From the NCBI GenBank assembly GCA_951406725.2, contig OX597816.1, positions 107,508,001 to 107,572,000 of the forward strand: 64,000 nt of DNA. Direction: 5' to 3'. The DNA comes from Octopus vulgaris. Lineage: Eukaryota. A program made the translations under genes and the position numbers. Below, piece by piece: positions 27,521-42,299 of this stretch (the stretch's first letter is position 1; every line of letters starts with the position of its first letter). The notes under the pieces are model-generated. The model saw only the letters and a list, made by a program, of their open reading frames with translations, had not been told where the DNA came from and searched no databases.

Positions 27521-28430
27521 GATTGTGCATTCAACAAAAATGTCGTTACACATTTCGGTATAACCTTGAAGCATGGCAGGTAGTTATTTAAAAAATAGAA
27601 CACTGAACATTGAAAAAGAGATACGAGAGACAAATTAGTCACACATACTTACATACATGCATACATATAGTGTATACACACATACACTCATATATATATA
27701 TTCAGTTTTGACTGCAGGAAAATCGGGAGTTTGAGCTTGAGAAATGAAATGGATATAAGATTTGACAGTCATCGCTCGTTTCATAAGAAGATTAAAGGCA
27801 CAACAGAAATGAAAATAGCTTCAATTATCAATCAAAAAAGAAAAAAAAACCCGGTTGGTTATCTTGTATACTTATATTTTGGGGGAAAATAGCAGGCAGC
27901 TTTGTATATGCCTTTCTTAATGAATTCATACATGGAAATGCAGTAAACAGCTATCCACTTGCAACCGATTGAGGCACTAGGATTATTTGAAGCTTACGGT
28001 TCGGGCATAGCTTATTATTTTTTTCTAAGTTTTGCATTTAAATGAAGATTAACGTTTCTAGATATCTATACTATTACTAACGTCAGCAGACTTTTAAGTA
28101 AGAGCCTTATTTACATAGTTTCCACTCTAAGATTCTTATTTTGAATCCAGTTTGGATCTATGCACACATCCAGAGGGAAAATAATCGGAGCTCAAAAAGT
28201 AGTGTGTCTATACATACATACATACATACATACATACATACATACATACATACATACATACATACATACATGCACGCATATAATATATGAGAAGAATGTA
28301 GCTGACGGAATTACATTTATTCCATGGTATTACAATTATTTCAACTTCGTATGGGTAACAAATCAAACATCATGTATACAAACATAGATGAGAGCTATGA
28401 TCCGTATACATATATATATAGTCGTGTCCA

Positions 28431-28461
<31 letters not shown>

Positions 28462-28717
28462 GTCATGTCCATAATGTAATGTATATTAATTAATAATCTC
28501 CACGGAAGTAAACATTTTGGATCTTCTGTTTGTTTGAAACATGTTTCCACTGGAGAAATTCTCCTTCATGCAATCTGAGACTCCCACGCGTGAGTGTTGT
28601 TTGAGATAGACGCCTGGATTCTCTGATTCAATGTTACACACACGCACACGCACGCACGCACACACGCACGCACGCACGCACACACGCACGCACACACACA
28701 CATGCACATTTGTATAC

Positions 28718-29076
28718 TTTTTACTCTTTTACTTGTTTCAGTCAATTGACTGTGGCCATGCTGGAGCACCGCCTTTAGTCAAGCAAATCGACTCCAGGAC
28801 TTATTCTTTGTAAGCCTAGTATTGATGATTCTATCGGCAGTCAATCGATGTTGGGGTGGGTGGGCAAACACAGACATACAAACATATACACATACACACA
28901 CATATATATACATATATACGACGGGCTTCTTTCAGTTTGCGGCTACCAAATCCACTCACAAGGCTTTGGTCGGCCCGAGGCTATGGTAGAAGACACTTGC
29001 TCAAGGTGCCACGCAGTGGGACTGAACCCGAAACCATGTGGCTGGTAAGCAAGCTATTTACCACACTGCCACTCCT
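28718..29076 (-). mobile_element. CORE-like SINE, family B
   Basis: Matches 23995-24409 with an internal deletion. Confidence 0.8.
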
Positions 29077-29109
29077 ATGACTTTGTATATATATATATAT
29101 ATATATATA

Positions 29110-30200
29110 CAATATCCCGTCCAAAAATGAAAGTATTTTTTAAAAATTCAAAAATGTTTTAACTAGATTATGCTTGAGAAAATAACATTTTACTCAAAGT
29201 ATCCCCCCTCAGCTTCCACCAAGGCCTCAAGACGGCTCCGGAACTTGGCGCATGCGTTTCTCACTGTGTCTTTGAAATATTTTCGAAGACCCACATCATC
29301 TTGGCCACCAGCTCGGCTTTCGTGTTGCAAGCAATTCGGTTGGCGTCTTTCTCAACCGCACCCCACACATAGTAATACAGGGGATTAAAATCGAGGGAAT
29401 TAAGAGGCCAGAAATTGGGGCTGGTGAAGTCGCAGAGATTCTCCGACAATCACTTCTGACACTTTCTGGAGATATGGCAAGGATTCGAATCCTGCTGCCA
29501 CACATATGGATTTCTAGGAGCAACCATCTGTAGCAGTAGCCCTCAGTATTCGATCACAGTCTCCAGCAGCTCTACATAGCCGTCTGAATTGAGCTTAAGA
29601 TGTTCAAAGATATTGTGTCGCCTGACGTCACATTCACTCGAGACATACTCAAAGACCACCGCAGTTTAAGTGGTACATCACACGGATTGTAGGTAAACCA
29701 TCTATCGTCCTGGCTGAAATTATTTTCATCTGAGAAGAACCAGATCATTCCCGGTGTTAGAAGATGCTTCAAATTGTTGAGGAGTTTCTTTGCTTTTGTC
29801 AAGCAATTCCCCTTGGCTTTGGTTGTCAGAATTTGTCCTTTGCACCTTTTGTACTAGTGGTAGTAAAGGTCTCCATTCAGGGTCAGCTTCATGCTGTTGA
29901 TTCTAAAGCCCGAATTCCCTTGCTCGGATCTTCTATCATCTCATCCTGCAATTATTGGATAAATTCCAGCGTGCGAGCGCTGTCAGAACGCCTACTATGT
30001 CTTTTTCTGCTGCTGGACACGGGTTTCTAGTCTTCGTGGCAGCTGTCCATGTCACGCCTTACCGTCTTTACAGTGTTCAGAGTGCATTGAGCAACAGTGA
30101 TGAAGTTACTTTTTTCACACCGGGCTCCAATCATCTTTTCCAATATTCAGATGGCTTCCAGTCTTACATGTCAGCTAACTTTTACTCAATTACAGTTTTA
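29110..30200 (-). mobile_element. Tc1/mariner superfamily maT-type (DD37D spacing) transposase pseudogene
   Basis: WFFSDENNFSQD (first D) and YVWQQDSNPCHISRKCQK*LSENLCDFTSPNFWPLNSLDFNPLYYYVWG, with 37 residues between the second D and the third position (mutated to Y). Stops and frameshifts present. Boundaries approximate. Confidence 0.8.
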
Positions 30201-33200
30201 ATCTTAATATTATCTCACGTCGTTGACTGTTCTTGGGGTACAAGTGTATCACGACACAGTAGTTGCGCTTTATAACATTAGCTACACTTCTCTCGAAGGT
30301 TGAAATCAGTAAGTTTCTTAGTCATCCTGGTATACCACCGTAAGGTCATTATTTCTGTTCTGAAATATTGTTGTTGTTGTTGTTGTGTAGCTACAGGTGT
30401 TCCTTGATTGAGTCGACCTATAATTAAAGGCGTTCCAACAACAACTCTCTATGATTAAATTGTCTTTTAATTTCTTTTTTAAACGGTAGGGTGTGATTTG
30501 ACTACTACTTCTAACATGTCGACGTAGCTTCAACCTATTTTCCTTATTTTATCATAGATCGAACCAAAGGGCTGGTTTCGAATCCCTGTTGTGGCTATTA
30601 CATTTTGCATCACAAACACATGTACCGAGGAAACATCTGTGCATTGATTGCTTGACCTGGGAGAAACAGCAGTTAACAACCCCTCAAATCATAATCTGCT
30701 GGCACGATATAAGCTAAAAGAAGCATTAGATAATCAAGTACTAGGTACTCCTTAAAAGACAGGATGGTTTCAGTTGGAAGTATTAATAGTCAGTATATTC
30801 GATCAAGGTTGATCTGGGGTTGAATTAATGAACTCATTTTTGTCCATTAGTTAATTATATTATCTACTGATTATATGCTGATTTCGAATTACCAAGAAGA
30901 GAATGCAAATATTTCAAGTTTAACTCTTCACTTGCGTATGAAACAAATAGTCGATTTCATAATCTCATTCAATTCTTCCGGCTTTAAATTACTGTAACTT
31001 TGGTAATTGTAATTTTTTTTCTCACACCACCTTTGACTATTTATTTCCGTAAGCGCGCTTAGCATTACAGTATTCATTGGTCAAGAAAATTAACCAGGAT
31101 CTACATTAGAAATAGAAACTAAAGTAATTTCAACATCATATCAACTTGAAATGCCGGAAGGAAATCTTTAGCGAAGCCACAGCACTCTTTCTTCGATAGC
31201 AAACACGACATGATATCAGAAATATAATTAACTCCTGTATTTCTTCAATCCCTTACATTTATTCCTTTGCTTTACCTATTTTCCTTATTATAGTTCATTA
31301 GAGTTTACCTGAACAGTTGATAAAATTTTTAGCTTAACGAAATTTAATTCGATTCGAATGTGAAATAACATCTGAATTTCTTTTATATCTAACCTTCATG
31401 CTGCCGTTGTTGTTTAACCATCAGATCAGCTTTCATCAACTAGAGCCATGATCAAAAGCCTTCCAGCCATGAGCATCACATCTGCTTATCAACGATGTAT
31501 TTAGGTTTATATTATCCAAAGATTATACAGTGATATTTGGTTCGTTAACCTTCATGAATATCATAGTAAATGTTGGAATGAGACAATGGAGCCCTATATC
31601 ACAAAAAGCATCAAAAGTGATGCTTTAACTTCTTTTAGTAATAAGGTAAATTTACGAAGGCAAACAATATAAATAGTTACTTTTACATATTCAAAAGTAT
31701 ACAACTGATATCAAATTACTGTTTCAGTCTTAAGGCTTTTTTTCACGTGTATTTTAAGAGTTTTCAGTTGATGTCGAAATTTCGCCCGCGAGCGACGGGT
31801 TCATTAGCTGCGCCTCTTTTGGGAAAATGTTAGTGTGTTTTAAAAAAAGAGTTCAACAGAGTGTCTTGCTCCCAAAAGCTCTGGAAAATTGGAAGTTATT
31901 TGTAGAACTATTTAAGGAACAAATATCGAATAATTATGTTTCGTGCTAATACGTATATTTCACTGAAGTTAAAGTGGACACATATCATGTTAGGGAAAAA
32001 TAAACTGTATAATTGCTGAAAAATATAATGTGGATGAATCTTGAGTAGTTTTAATTTGAAGTTTATGGAATTTTCGATTAGCTGCCTTCTAGATTTCGTC
32101 AGAATGAAAGCACTAGATCTAACTGCATAGAAAATGGCAACCTGACCAGGATTGAGTCAGTTGCTACCGCACTCCCACAGAAATTCTATTTCCGCTCTTC
32201 GCTCTTTCTATCTGCAGTGAACTCTGACCATCAGAGCTGGCTGCTCTATTGCCACTAAAGCACTTCCCACTCATTTGCTTCTTCTCTCGTTATTCACATC
32301 GATCTACCTCCACCCACCTTGCACAAACGACTCTGTCAAGTCCTCTATCTCCAGAACATTGCTTTTCTAGAATTTTTCTCTGGTCAAGTTTTTTTTTCTG
32401 CAGCAATGAAATTGCAACTAAACAAGAATCACATTAACCGCATCGACCTTACTGGTCATTTAGGGTCTATGAGACCATGGACACACTTACCTCCTACTGA
32501 CTAGAATGAAAAATATTTAAAATCCTTTTACAACGTATTTGATTATAAAACGATACTAACTATCTTACTGCGCTGTTAAAAGTACTGTGAAGTAGAAGAC
32601 AGATCTTCGAGCAGATTAAAGCAGAAACTCAAACCAGATGTGAAAATAGGAAAATGAACTAATATATCATAGTTGATTTATTAGTAGAAATACCTCTCAA
32701 GTGACGCAGTAGCCTCTAAGAACACAAAGCACGAGAACAAAAATCCGTGAAAGTCGATGTACTGTAATTTTAGAAATTTCACTTGAATCTAATTATTATC
32801 AAAGAGAACGTTTCCAAAAATATAGATTCATATCTATTTAGAAATTGCTGCCGGGTAATTAGGTACCAACATGAAACGGTTGTGATCTAATTAAGAAGTC
32901 ATTATAATAACTTTTTTAATCGTTTCTATGATTTGGGTCTTTGATGATGATTATGCTTTGTGTAGGCTAACCTCAAACTTAATCAAACGTTTTCCAAATA
33001 AAATGTTAATGATTAATAGGTATTTGCTTTTCAGTTAAATATCATAACGTCATTTTTAATTACAAATGAATGATAGTTTCTTTTACTTTTTCTTTCGTTA
33101 TTTTTCAAAAACTAATGGGCAAAATCATATATCACAATAATGAGTTTCTTTCGATGGTCCTTTACATCTAAAAACTCGCTTCTAGGATACCTTTCTTTTA

Positions 33201-33868
33201 TGAACAGAATTATATCTTTTGCTTTTTTAAACTTTGGCAACACTGAATATTATTTGAAGTATTTCTGCCAGAAAGCCATTCTACATAATTATTGTATAAC
33301 GTATAGATATTACTCTCTTTAAGCATCCGCTAATTATCATTGAAAAATTCTTGATATTTGCACGAAGAGATGAACAACAGATACGAAGAACATATAATCA
33401 GTTTGCCCCTAGCAATTTGTCTGACTTGGATGATCTGTGTTATTTGATCTTCACACTTACTACCAAAAGTAGACTCTTGACACAGTCCACCACACCATCA
33501 TTTAACCCTGTATTTGCCAGTCCTCATTGACAGGAACATCAGGTTGGGTCTCATCGTAACAGCCAGTAATTTGATTTGTATTCATTATTAAAGACTTGTT
33601 TTAACTTTTAGAGACCCTAATTTTAGTGTAATAAGTGCGTAAAGTTATGCCTAATCCCTTTTTTTTCAAGGGCGTTGAAAACAAAAGCAAGCGATTACGT
33701 TTAAACATTAGAATCGGATCATGGACTCAGACAAAGTTGAATAAACTACCTCATAACGTAATCCTACAACTCAGAAAGTATAGTGCTTCAGTTTTGAGCT
33801 AAGTTTGATATCCCTGTAAAGGTGTATCATTTCATATAAAGGTAAATCTTCTACTGGTGCAATTGTAG

Positions 33869-33942
33869 GATATCTAACTGAATTCTTCAACTGCATACTT
33901 AAGCAAACTTTCGGTGAGCTAAATGCATACAACCTGTTTATA
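33869..33942 (+). CDS. Candidate aquaglyceroporin exon encoding the start of TM1
   Basis: YLTEFFNCILKQTFGELNAYNLFI|gtttgc aligns with AQP3 RLLRQALAECLGTLILV|, with the conserved E eight residues before a phase-0 donor. The donor is weak and there is no in-frame ATG, so a further upstream exon is needed. Start uncertain. Confidence 0.35.
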
Positions 33943-34170
33943 GTTTGCATTTTTTCAAGCTCTTAGAAAATTGTGAAAGGTAGAAATCTATAAATTTGCT
34001 ACATACTACAGCTTACTGATTGTTAATCATAACCAAAACAGATCATGCTTTAAAACCTCCATGGAGCGTAAAATGTCTACGGGTAATATATTTGCGGAGA
34101 GTTTTGGAAATCTGACAAAGGAATCTGAAAGCAACTTGAACTAATCTGAACTAAAATTCTTATATTTCAG

Positions 34171-34282
34171 GCATTTGTATTTGGTTGGAACGCTGAGGTT
34201 GTATTGAAAAGAAACTTAAATCATAACATCTCCGCTGGTATAGGCTTGTGTATTGCAATTATTATTGCTGGACAGGTTTCAG
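34171..34282 (+). CDS. Aquaglyceroporin exon (end of TM1, TM2)
   Basis: tttcag|AFVFGWNAEVVLKRNLNHNISAGIGLCIAIIIAGQVS(G)|gtaag, phase 0/1. Matches AQP3 ...AQVVL...LGILIAGQVSG. Confidence 0.9.
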
Positions 34283-34392
34283 GTAAGATAATTCCTGAAT
34301 TATATTGTCAATATTGACCTTGTACCAACATTTGGAATCAATATCCTAATAATTTTTGACCGAAATAACCAGATAAACCCACTACTCTTATA

Positions 34393-34805
34393 CAGGGTGG
34401 TCGCTAGAAAAATGGAAAATTCGTGATGTGACAATTTATATTTTCCCAAAGGAGGTATACAAAGTTTCAAAGTTGCAATAACAGTATTAATTTGATACCT
34501 TGTGATAGTTGAATAAAAGTTCGGTAACACAGTAAAGTTTTTAGTCACTCCCCAAGTCAGATTTTCACTCTTGAGAAGAGCAATAATTTGTCTCTGGAAG
34601 TCTGATAGCTGTTTCCTGCCACCTATTTCTTTCATGATATGGGGGTTCACGCTGAAGCTAATGACGGTGAATGCTTGTTATGATTACGCACTCATTCGAC
34701 AACAGAAACAACGAATTAGAAACCACCAATCACACAGTTTATTGATGATCTAATTAATGCTTGTTAGTTTTGCCTTCCAATTTTCCGCTTTTCTAGCGTC
34801 TTCTG
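34393..34805 (-). mobile_element. Internally deleted Tc1-like element in an aquaporin intron
   Basis: TA|CAGGGTGGTCGCTAGAAAAATGGAAAATT versus AATTTTCCGCTTTTCTAGCGTC. Minus-strand GGRKQLSDFQRQIIALL resembles a Tc1 N-terminal HTH. Confidence 0.6.
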
Positions 34806-34912
34806 CTCCAGAGCAGAAAATCGAAGTGTTATAAAACAATGTAACCCACTGATCAAATTTTTCCCATTATCATGTTAAATATTTCACAATACTTCGTTCA
34901 ATGTATTTGCAG

Positions 34913-35050
34913 GTGGACACATGAATCCAGTTGTTACTTTGAGCTTTTGTCTGATGGGAAAAATCAAATTTAAGAAGCTTCTACCCTACACTCTAGCACA
35001 AACGCTGGGAGCTTTTATTGTTGCCTCACTGCAATACGGAATACTTTATG
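34913..35050 (+). CDS. Aquaglyceroporin exon (loop B with NPV motif, TM3)
   Basis: ttgcag|(G)GHMNPVVTLSFCLMGKIKFKKLLPYTLAQTLGAFIVASLQYGILY|gtaag, phase 1/1. Carries the MIP signature SGGHxNPxVT and AQxLGA. Confidence 0.95.
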
Positions 35051-35055
35051 GTAAG

Positions 35056-35122
<67 letters not shown>

Positions 35123-35384
35123 ATAATAATAAAAATGAATGTGTGTGTGTCCACATATAGGAAGAAAAACTATAGCGGGGATATAAAAACTAAAAGCTAA
35201 TTCTTTTGTAAAATTTCACGACGAAGACAATGGAACTTGTCCTGAGTCTCTAGCGGCTCTCTGAATGGAGCTACTAGCCATTTTCCAATATGTACAAAAT
35301 CACATTTCAAAAATAAATGAGGGATCTAAAGGATATATTCTTTATCGGATTAACATACCACTTTTTTATAGGTTTCAATTTAAA

Positions 35385-36040
35385 GCTGCGGCCATGCTGG
35401 GGCACCGCCGTATTGTTACACTGTTATTATAGGAATTTGGTGAATAAGGGAGTTTGATGTCGCTGCCCTCATTTGCGCCCCATGCCACGGGGTAGGTTCA
35501 TCTGGGACTCTCGAAGGAAGAGATCCAGTTTTGTTTTGAAAATACCTATATCAACTTTGTGTAGGTCCCTCAGGCTCTTTGGGAGAATATTAAAAAGCAG
35601 TGGGACCTTGAAATTCAGGCAGTTGTAGTAACTGGTCTTGAAGCACGACGGCATTGTTGGGATTTTGGCACTGTGCACTGTGCAGTGGCAACCAGTTCTG
35701 GCATTCATGTAGCTTTCAATGCCACAATTTAGTACAAGCCCTTCCAAGATCTTCCAGGTGTATATCACTACATATCTCTCCTGCCTTCGCTCCAGAGAGT
35801 CTTAGCTGTTTCAGCCTTTTCCAGTAGCTGAGCTGTTGCAATGAGACACAATCTTCTTTGGGAAGCTTCGCTGGATTGCTTTACACTGTTGGATAACCAA
35901 AGTTGGGAGCAGTAATCCAGGCGGCTGAGGACAAATGTCCTCCAGAGGAGCATCATGTTTTCCTTCTCACTAGTTTTGAAGGTTCTCAGCATCCAGCCAG
36001 CCGGCCGTCTGCACTTTGTCGCCATCTTGGTAATGTGGAC
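35385..36040 (-). mobile_element. CR1/L2-group LINE 3' fragment (decayed)
   Basis: AGWMLRTFKT...LLWRTFVLSRLDYCSQLW and IYTWKILEGLV...LFNILPKSLRDL...FKTKLDLFL. Confidence 0.8.
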
Positions 36041-36480
36041 AAAATGCTTAGCGGTTTTTCGCCCGTCGCTATGTTTTGAGCTCAAATTCCGCCGAGGTCT
36101 ACTCTGCCTTTCATCCTTTCAGGATCGATGAAATGAGTACCAGTTACGCACTGGGGTCGATGTAATCGACTTATCCCCTCCCCCAATATTTCAGGTCTTG
36201 TGCTTATAGTAGAAAGAAATATAATGATTTAGACATACAAAAGAAAAAGAGAACATCCATGATTAATCCTTTCTACTAAAGGCATGAGATCTGAGATTTT
36301 GGGGAAAGGACAAGTCGATTACACCGACCCCAGTGTTTTACTAGTACTTAATTTATTGACTCCCGAAAGGATGAAAGCAAAGTCTGCCTCGGCGGAATTT
36401 GAACCGAGAACGTAAGGACGAAAGAAATGCCTCTAAGCATTTTTCCCGGTATGCTGACGATTCTGCCAGCTCGCCGGCTT
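36041..36480. mobile_element. Tail-to-tail inverted pair of family A SINEs (+ 36041-36218; - 36266-36480)
   Basis: Both copies are recognisable and separated by ~50 bp. Confidence 0.8.
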
Positions 36481-36707
36481 TATGGGTTACATAATTAAAA
36501 AAAAGAAAAAAATGAGCTCAGAAAGAAATACACTTCACAGAGGCCAGTGCCACGAATTTGGACTACAAAGACGAATAAGGGTTAACATTGACGAAATTTG
36601 ATAATATTTGTAAACAATTTGAAGAAGAAATATATCAACAAATTCACTCTGGAGAATCGAACTACACATGTTTTGAATTACAATTTACAAAATCATGCAT
36701 AACTTGA

Positions 36708-36711
<4 letters not shown>

Positions 36712-36795
<84 letters not shown>
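36712..36795. repeat. (AG)n microsatellite
   Basis: Directly visible. Confidence 0.95.
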
Positions 36796-36797
<2 letters not shown>

Positions 36798-38825
36798 AGC
36801 TTCACGTTGGGTAAATGTTTGGAGAAAACAATACACGAAGTGAAACAAACGAGTGTGTGGAATCAAAGAATCCGGTGTATCATAAAAAATAAACTCAAAT
36901 CAAATGATTCCACACTAAAACCTGCTGATGAAAGAGTTCTAAAGGAAATTGCTGATTAAATAGATATACGGCACACTGATAGGAATGACAATTAATACCC
37001 AAGAAATAGTAAATCTGTAAACAGCAACAATTTTTTTTTCCGTCGGAGCACACTAAATTATATCAAAGCTAACAACCATTACATACATTTGTTAATAGCA
37101 AAAACATAAATGTATCTCTACTAAGAGTCGTTTCATCAAGACAGAAAAAATCTTATACAAATGTTATAAATGAAGTGCAGTTATTTACTATCCCATCTAA
37201 TAAAAGTTGATGTTGAAATGTATCGACATAGGTGAAACATTAATGGTTCTCTGTACGCACATACACACAAACCCATTATGTATACACACAGACACACACA
37301 CACGCATACACACACATATAGATATGTTGGTGTGTGTGTGTGTGTGTGTTTTCACCCAAATGGAAAATATGGTTGTCAGCAGACAACCAATAAGTAAATA
37401 CGACAACTGAAGCTTAATAAATGTTATGTACTCTTCATGTATACAAATCCACGTACAAAAAGACAACAAACAAAAAACAAAACAAAAAACAAAAACATCA
37501 AATGGAACAGTCGCGTCAAAACCTGAGATATGTCTAAATAGTATCTATCTATATATGTATATATATATGGACGTCATAAAGATAACAATCCATTTGAATA
37601 ACAAGGTTGAAGCAGAATCGTTCTAAATATGTATTCATAAGAAATCAAGAACTACAAAAACTCTTGAATGCCGGAGAAAAATCATCATACCACTTTTTAG
37701 TCCCTAAACAAGGAGATAAAATGAAAATTAGTCATGTTAAAATTGAACTATATAACATGTTTGCCGTTTAGGTTAATTTTTGCATATATATTGAAGGAGA
37801 ATAGCGAAATACGTAAACATATAACTAAACATTTGACCATGTGTGACATGTGAATCTCAGCTAAACTGCCTGCACATTTGCTCCATCCGTCTGTTGTCTT
37901 TTAGATGGGAGCTTCTTGTCAGAACGTACCGTTACAAAATGCACTGTTGGAGCTCACTCTGTCACTAATTTATCAATCATGAAATACCCTACGGTGCGTT
38001 TTGTTCGCCACACTCTTCTAATATTACAATGCCATACTAACTTCCACATCCAAGAACGCTCACTCCTATGCAGATATTACCAAGCTTCAACCCTCTCTAC
38101 CCTTTTGTACCCAAGTGAATCGTTAACATGTAACCTGTGTACCCAACGCAAATTAAGGGCAGGCAAAATGTGCCATAGGGTCACAGAAAGACAGACAGAC
38201 AGGACTTTATATGTAGTTGATGTACAGTAACTAGCTGTAAAAGTACTTACAAAATGAAATCTTTGTACTGCCATGTAATCCTGCTAAAATTAGCTGACAG
38301 CTTCGGTCGCCTATGTGACCAATTCAGCCTGAGTAAGAATGACGGAAAATAATGAAAGAATACGCTTACTTGCAACAAAAGGCTAACTCGCTCCGAATAA
38401 AAGGGCAGATAGTATGACTTTAGTGTGTGAAGAATGATATTGAATAGGAACGAGAAATGCACATTGAATAAAGTAGAAGTGCAAAGGCTGGAAAAATTGA
38501 ATAAGCTCTACCGGTAATTAAAAAAGTGTGCATGAAAGACGGAGTGCAAGCGAGATGAAGAAAGACAAGATGTATCGCACCTAGCGTACAAGATACAAGG
38601 CTATGTTGGTAGGGTATGTTACGCATGTGAATGCTGATAGTTGGGCGAAGAAGCATCAACTAATTCAAGAATTTGCAGAAGTGGAGAACCAAGGAAGATG
38701 TGGAGAGGTGATAAAGTCCGATCTCAGGATACTGGACTTCGTAAAGGTGAAAAGGGAATGCTACAAATCTGTCCACCCCAGCATAGAAAAAAGTCAACAA
38801 CGATAACGATGATAATGAGGATCAT

Positions 38826-39017
<192 letters not shown>

Positions 39018-40732
39018 TTAGAATAAAGTGCAGTTAAAGTCTATTATAAAATCAAGGCGTAAACACCGGTGTTCATCGAAAATATCAACGCATGATGTAA
39101 GACATAAAAATCTTCTCTAAAGTGCATATCGCATCTCATTAATACGCTGTGATAAATAAGATGTAATCGGTTTTACATAGTCTGTTAACTAAGCCAAAGG
39201 CCCTGAAATATGGTCAATGTAGTTAATAGTTAACTTCTGCAACGTGGATTAGATATGGTCGTGTGGTTAATTGTTAACTTCTGCCACGTGGATTAGATTC
39301 GATACTTCTGTATAATTGTCTTTACCACGACGTCAGATCGACTTAATTCTTGTGAATGAAATCTGAGAGACGATTAGAGTAAACGCTTGTGTGCTGAGGG
39401 TGCTGCTGTACTCCGTCTGCGAATGCAGGAGCCGATGTCTCATCCGGCGGTGGAACAACTCTGTTGGTGTTTCCGCTCCTTCCAAGACAACATCACAGCT
39501 GCCGAAGGCCAATCAATGATATAGACGATGAAATTTCCCCCACACAACAGCACGAGATTTGTTGAGTCAAATGTTGCGATTCTGGGACGTGTTTTTATCA
39601 TCCTCTGTGCACGTTTTTGTTGCACCAACTGTTCTCTCTCTTGTGCCAGATGTAATAGTTTGCTTTCTCACTGGCTTCAACCAATTTTCTGGCAACGTCT
39701 TTTATCTCTGCATCCAGTTCATTAGGGGACTCGTGGTTTTAATAAATCCTTTACCGGAAGACATATTGCATGTCATCCATTGTTCTCACCGAATTCAACC
39801 AACTCGCTGTATCTTCTCGGAGATGACGTTAAGTGCCCCTGTAGGAGTTCAATGACTAGCTAATTCCACTGATCCAACAACTGGAATACTAATCATGGAA
39901 ACCGACGCAAAATCTGTTTACTTCTCATAACGCGTTAACATCTCATTAGTATGTTATAATATTTAAATGTTAGTGCTTTTAGTGTCTGTAAATGTTGCCA
40001 AACAGGGCATAAATATGCTAATAGCAGCTTTTGTCAATAAATACTTGAATTTCACGAGATCTTACACTATTATGAAAGTTTAGGTTTATTTTCTAAACGA
40101 CTACGAGAAATTGCTTTAAAATGTGATAAGCAGTAAACCTTATCAGAAAATTAGTTGAGATTTTGCAGCCAAAGAAATACAAGAATTTAACGTTGTTTTC
40201 GAATTATTCACCTACAGGTGGCACAGATGGTGTAATATGTCTGGCGTTGGAGTACGTCTATAGCATGCAAATTAAATCAGCAATTGCGATCGTTAAACGA
40301 TAAAATGAACAAATGCATACTTAATTCCGAAAGGATACTTTCTTTGCAGATCTGATAAAACAAACGAGGAGAAAGTTTTATCTCACTAATGTGTTTACCT
40401 GGTGTTATTGTTCTTATCGTTCACTGAACGCTTTGTGTCGTGAAAGTTCCGTGCTTCTGTGATGAATATCGTAGCAAGAGAAAGTCGGCCAGAAGCATTA
40501 TTTATTTATTTATTTATTTAGTTATTTCATTTATTCCTCAGTTTGTGAACAATAGCGTCGTTGGTTTACACCGAGCCTATCACTAGTTTGTCACTGCATT
40601 TCTAACGACGAGAGTGATAAATGCAAATATTAGTATTTGCAAAATAACTTTATTTTCGGATTTCTCGCTGATGCTTGTATATTCTACGCAGGTATAAACA
40701 GGTGGACGATTCACACAAAAATACACACGTTA

Positions 40733-40825
<93 letters not shown>

Positions 40826-40838
40826 GTCTATCTATCTA

Positions 40839-40871
<33 letters not shown>

Positions 40872-41305
40872 GTGTCTGTCTGTGTGTCTGTCTGTCTGTC
40901 GATCTATAGAGAAAGGGATAGGGAGAAGGAGAGAGAGATGAATGGATGGATGGATCTTCGTCACTTTTGATTATGGGGATTCAGTTGTTTGATCTATGGA
41001 ATTACCTTCTCTTTGAAGTCGTGTGTGAGTGCATTCCGCAGACGCATACCCTAAACAAAATTCTGAAGCTGAATCAATATGACACAGTGTGTGTCAAAGC
41101 AATACCTTATGAATTACAGGTATGATCCATCCGATGGATCCCTATACGATTTCCGTTTTTCCAATTTCTCTTATAAAATATGAATCGACATGAGACTATC
41201 TAAAATGAAATTTGCTCTTCATATCACGCAGCAAGAATAAATCCAAGACCTTGTTTTTTGAAGAGAACTTTTTCAATCATTCGGCTATATTCCATCTACA
41301 CTCAA

Positions 41306-41337
<32 letters not shown>

Positions 41338-41350
41338 ACATGTATGTGTG

Positions 41351-41394
<44 letters not shown>

Positions 41395-41437
41395 TGTATA
41401 TATATATACATATATATATATACATACATATATATAC

Positions 41438-41527
<90 letters not shown>

Positions 41528-41576
41528 CTCTAATATATACATATATATATACACACACACACATATATATACACAC

Positions 41577-41615
<39 letters not shown>

Positions 41616-41616
41616 T

Positions 41617-41670
<54 letters not shown>

Positions 41671-42005
41671 GCTATTAGCGCCAGCTTTAGATCCCTAATA
41701 ATACTACCAGTTAGTTAACTCTCCTCTAGTAAATAAAATTCTTTATTTCCGTTTCTTTACTTTAATTTATTTGATTATAACCAGTCCCTTACTTGACGTT
41801 TCTATTTACATATTATGTAATCTTAGCTATAATATATCCTAATTCATAAGATTAACATTGGGATATTTTGATAGGGTTACTGATCAACGTATGTGTGTTT
41901 GTAACATTGTCTGTGTGTTAATGCGTGTAAATATACCTGTGTGCATGTATACACACAAATAATGATATAGAGTGATATATCAGTCATATATATATATATT
42001 AGAGA

Positions 42006-42102
<97 letters not shown>

Positions 42103-42164
42103 TATATACATATATAAAGTACGATTTATTCGTAATCAGAGATGTTCGAAAACCGAGGTACTAC

Positions 42165-42211
<47 letters not shown>

Positions 42212-42259
42212 TATATACATATATATGTACATATATATGTATATAAATGTATATGTATG

Positions 42260-42299
<40 letters not shown>

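Noticed and set aside
34061-34144. MERKMSTGNIFAESFGNL, resembling the aquaporin AEFLG motif
   Set aside because: No suitable phase-0 donor follows and the frame stops before the 34171 exon.
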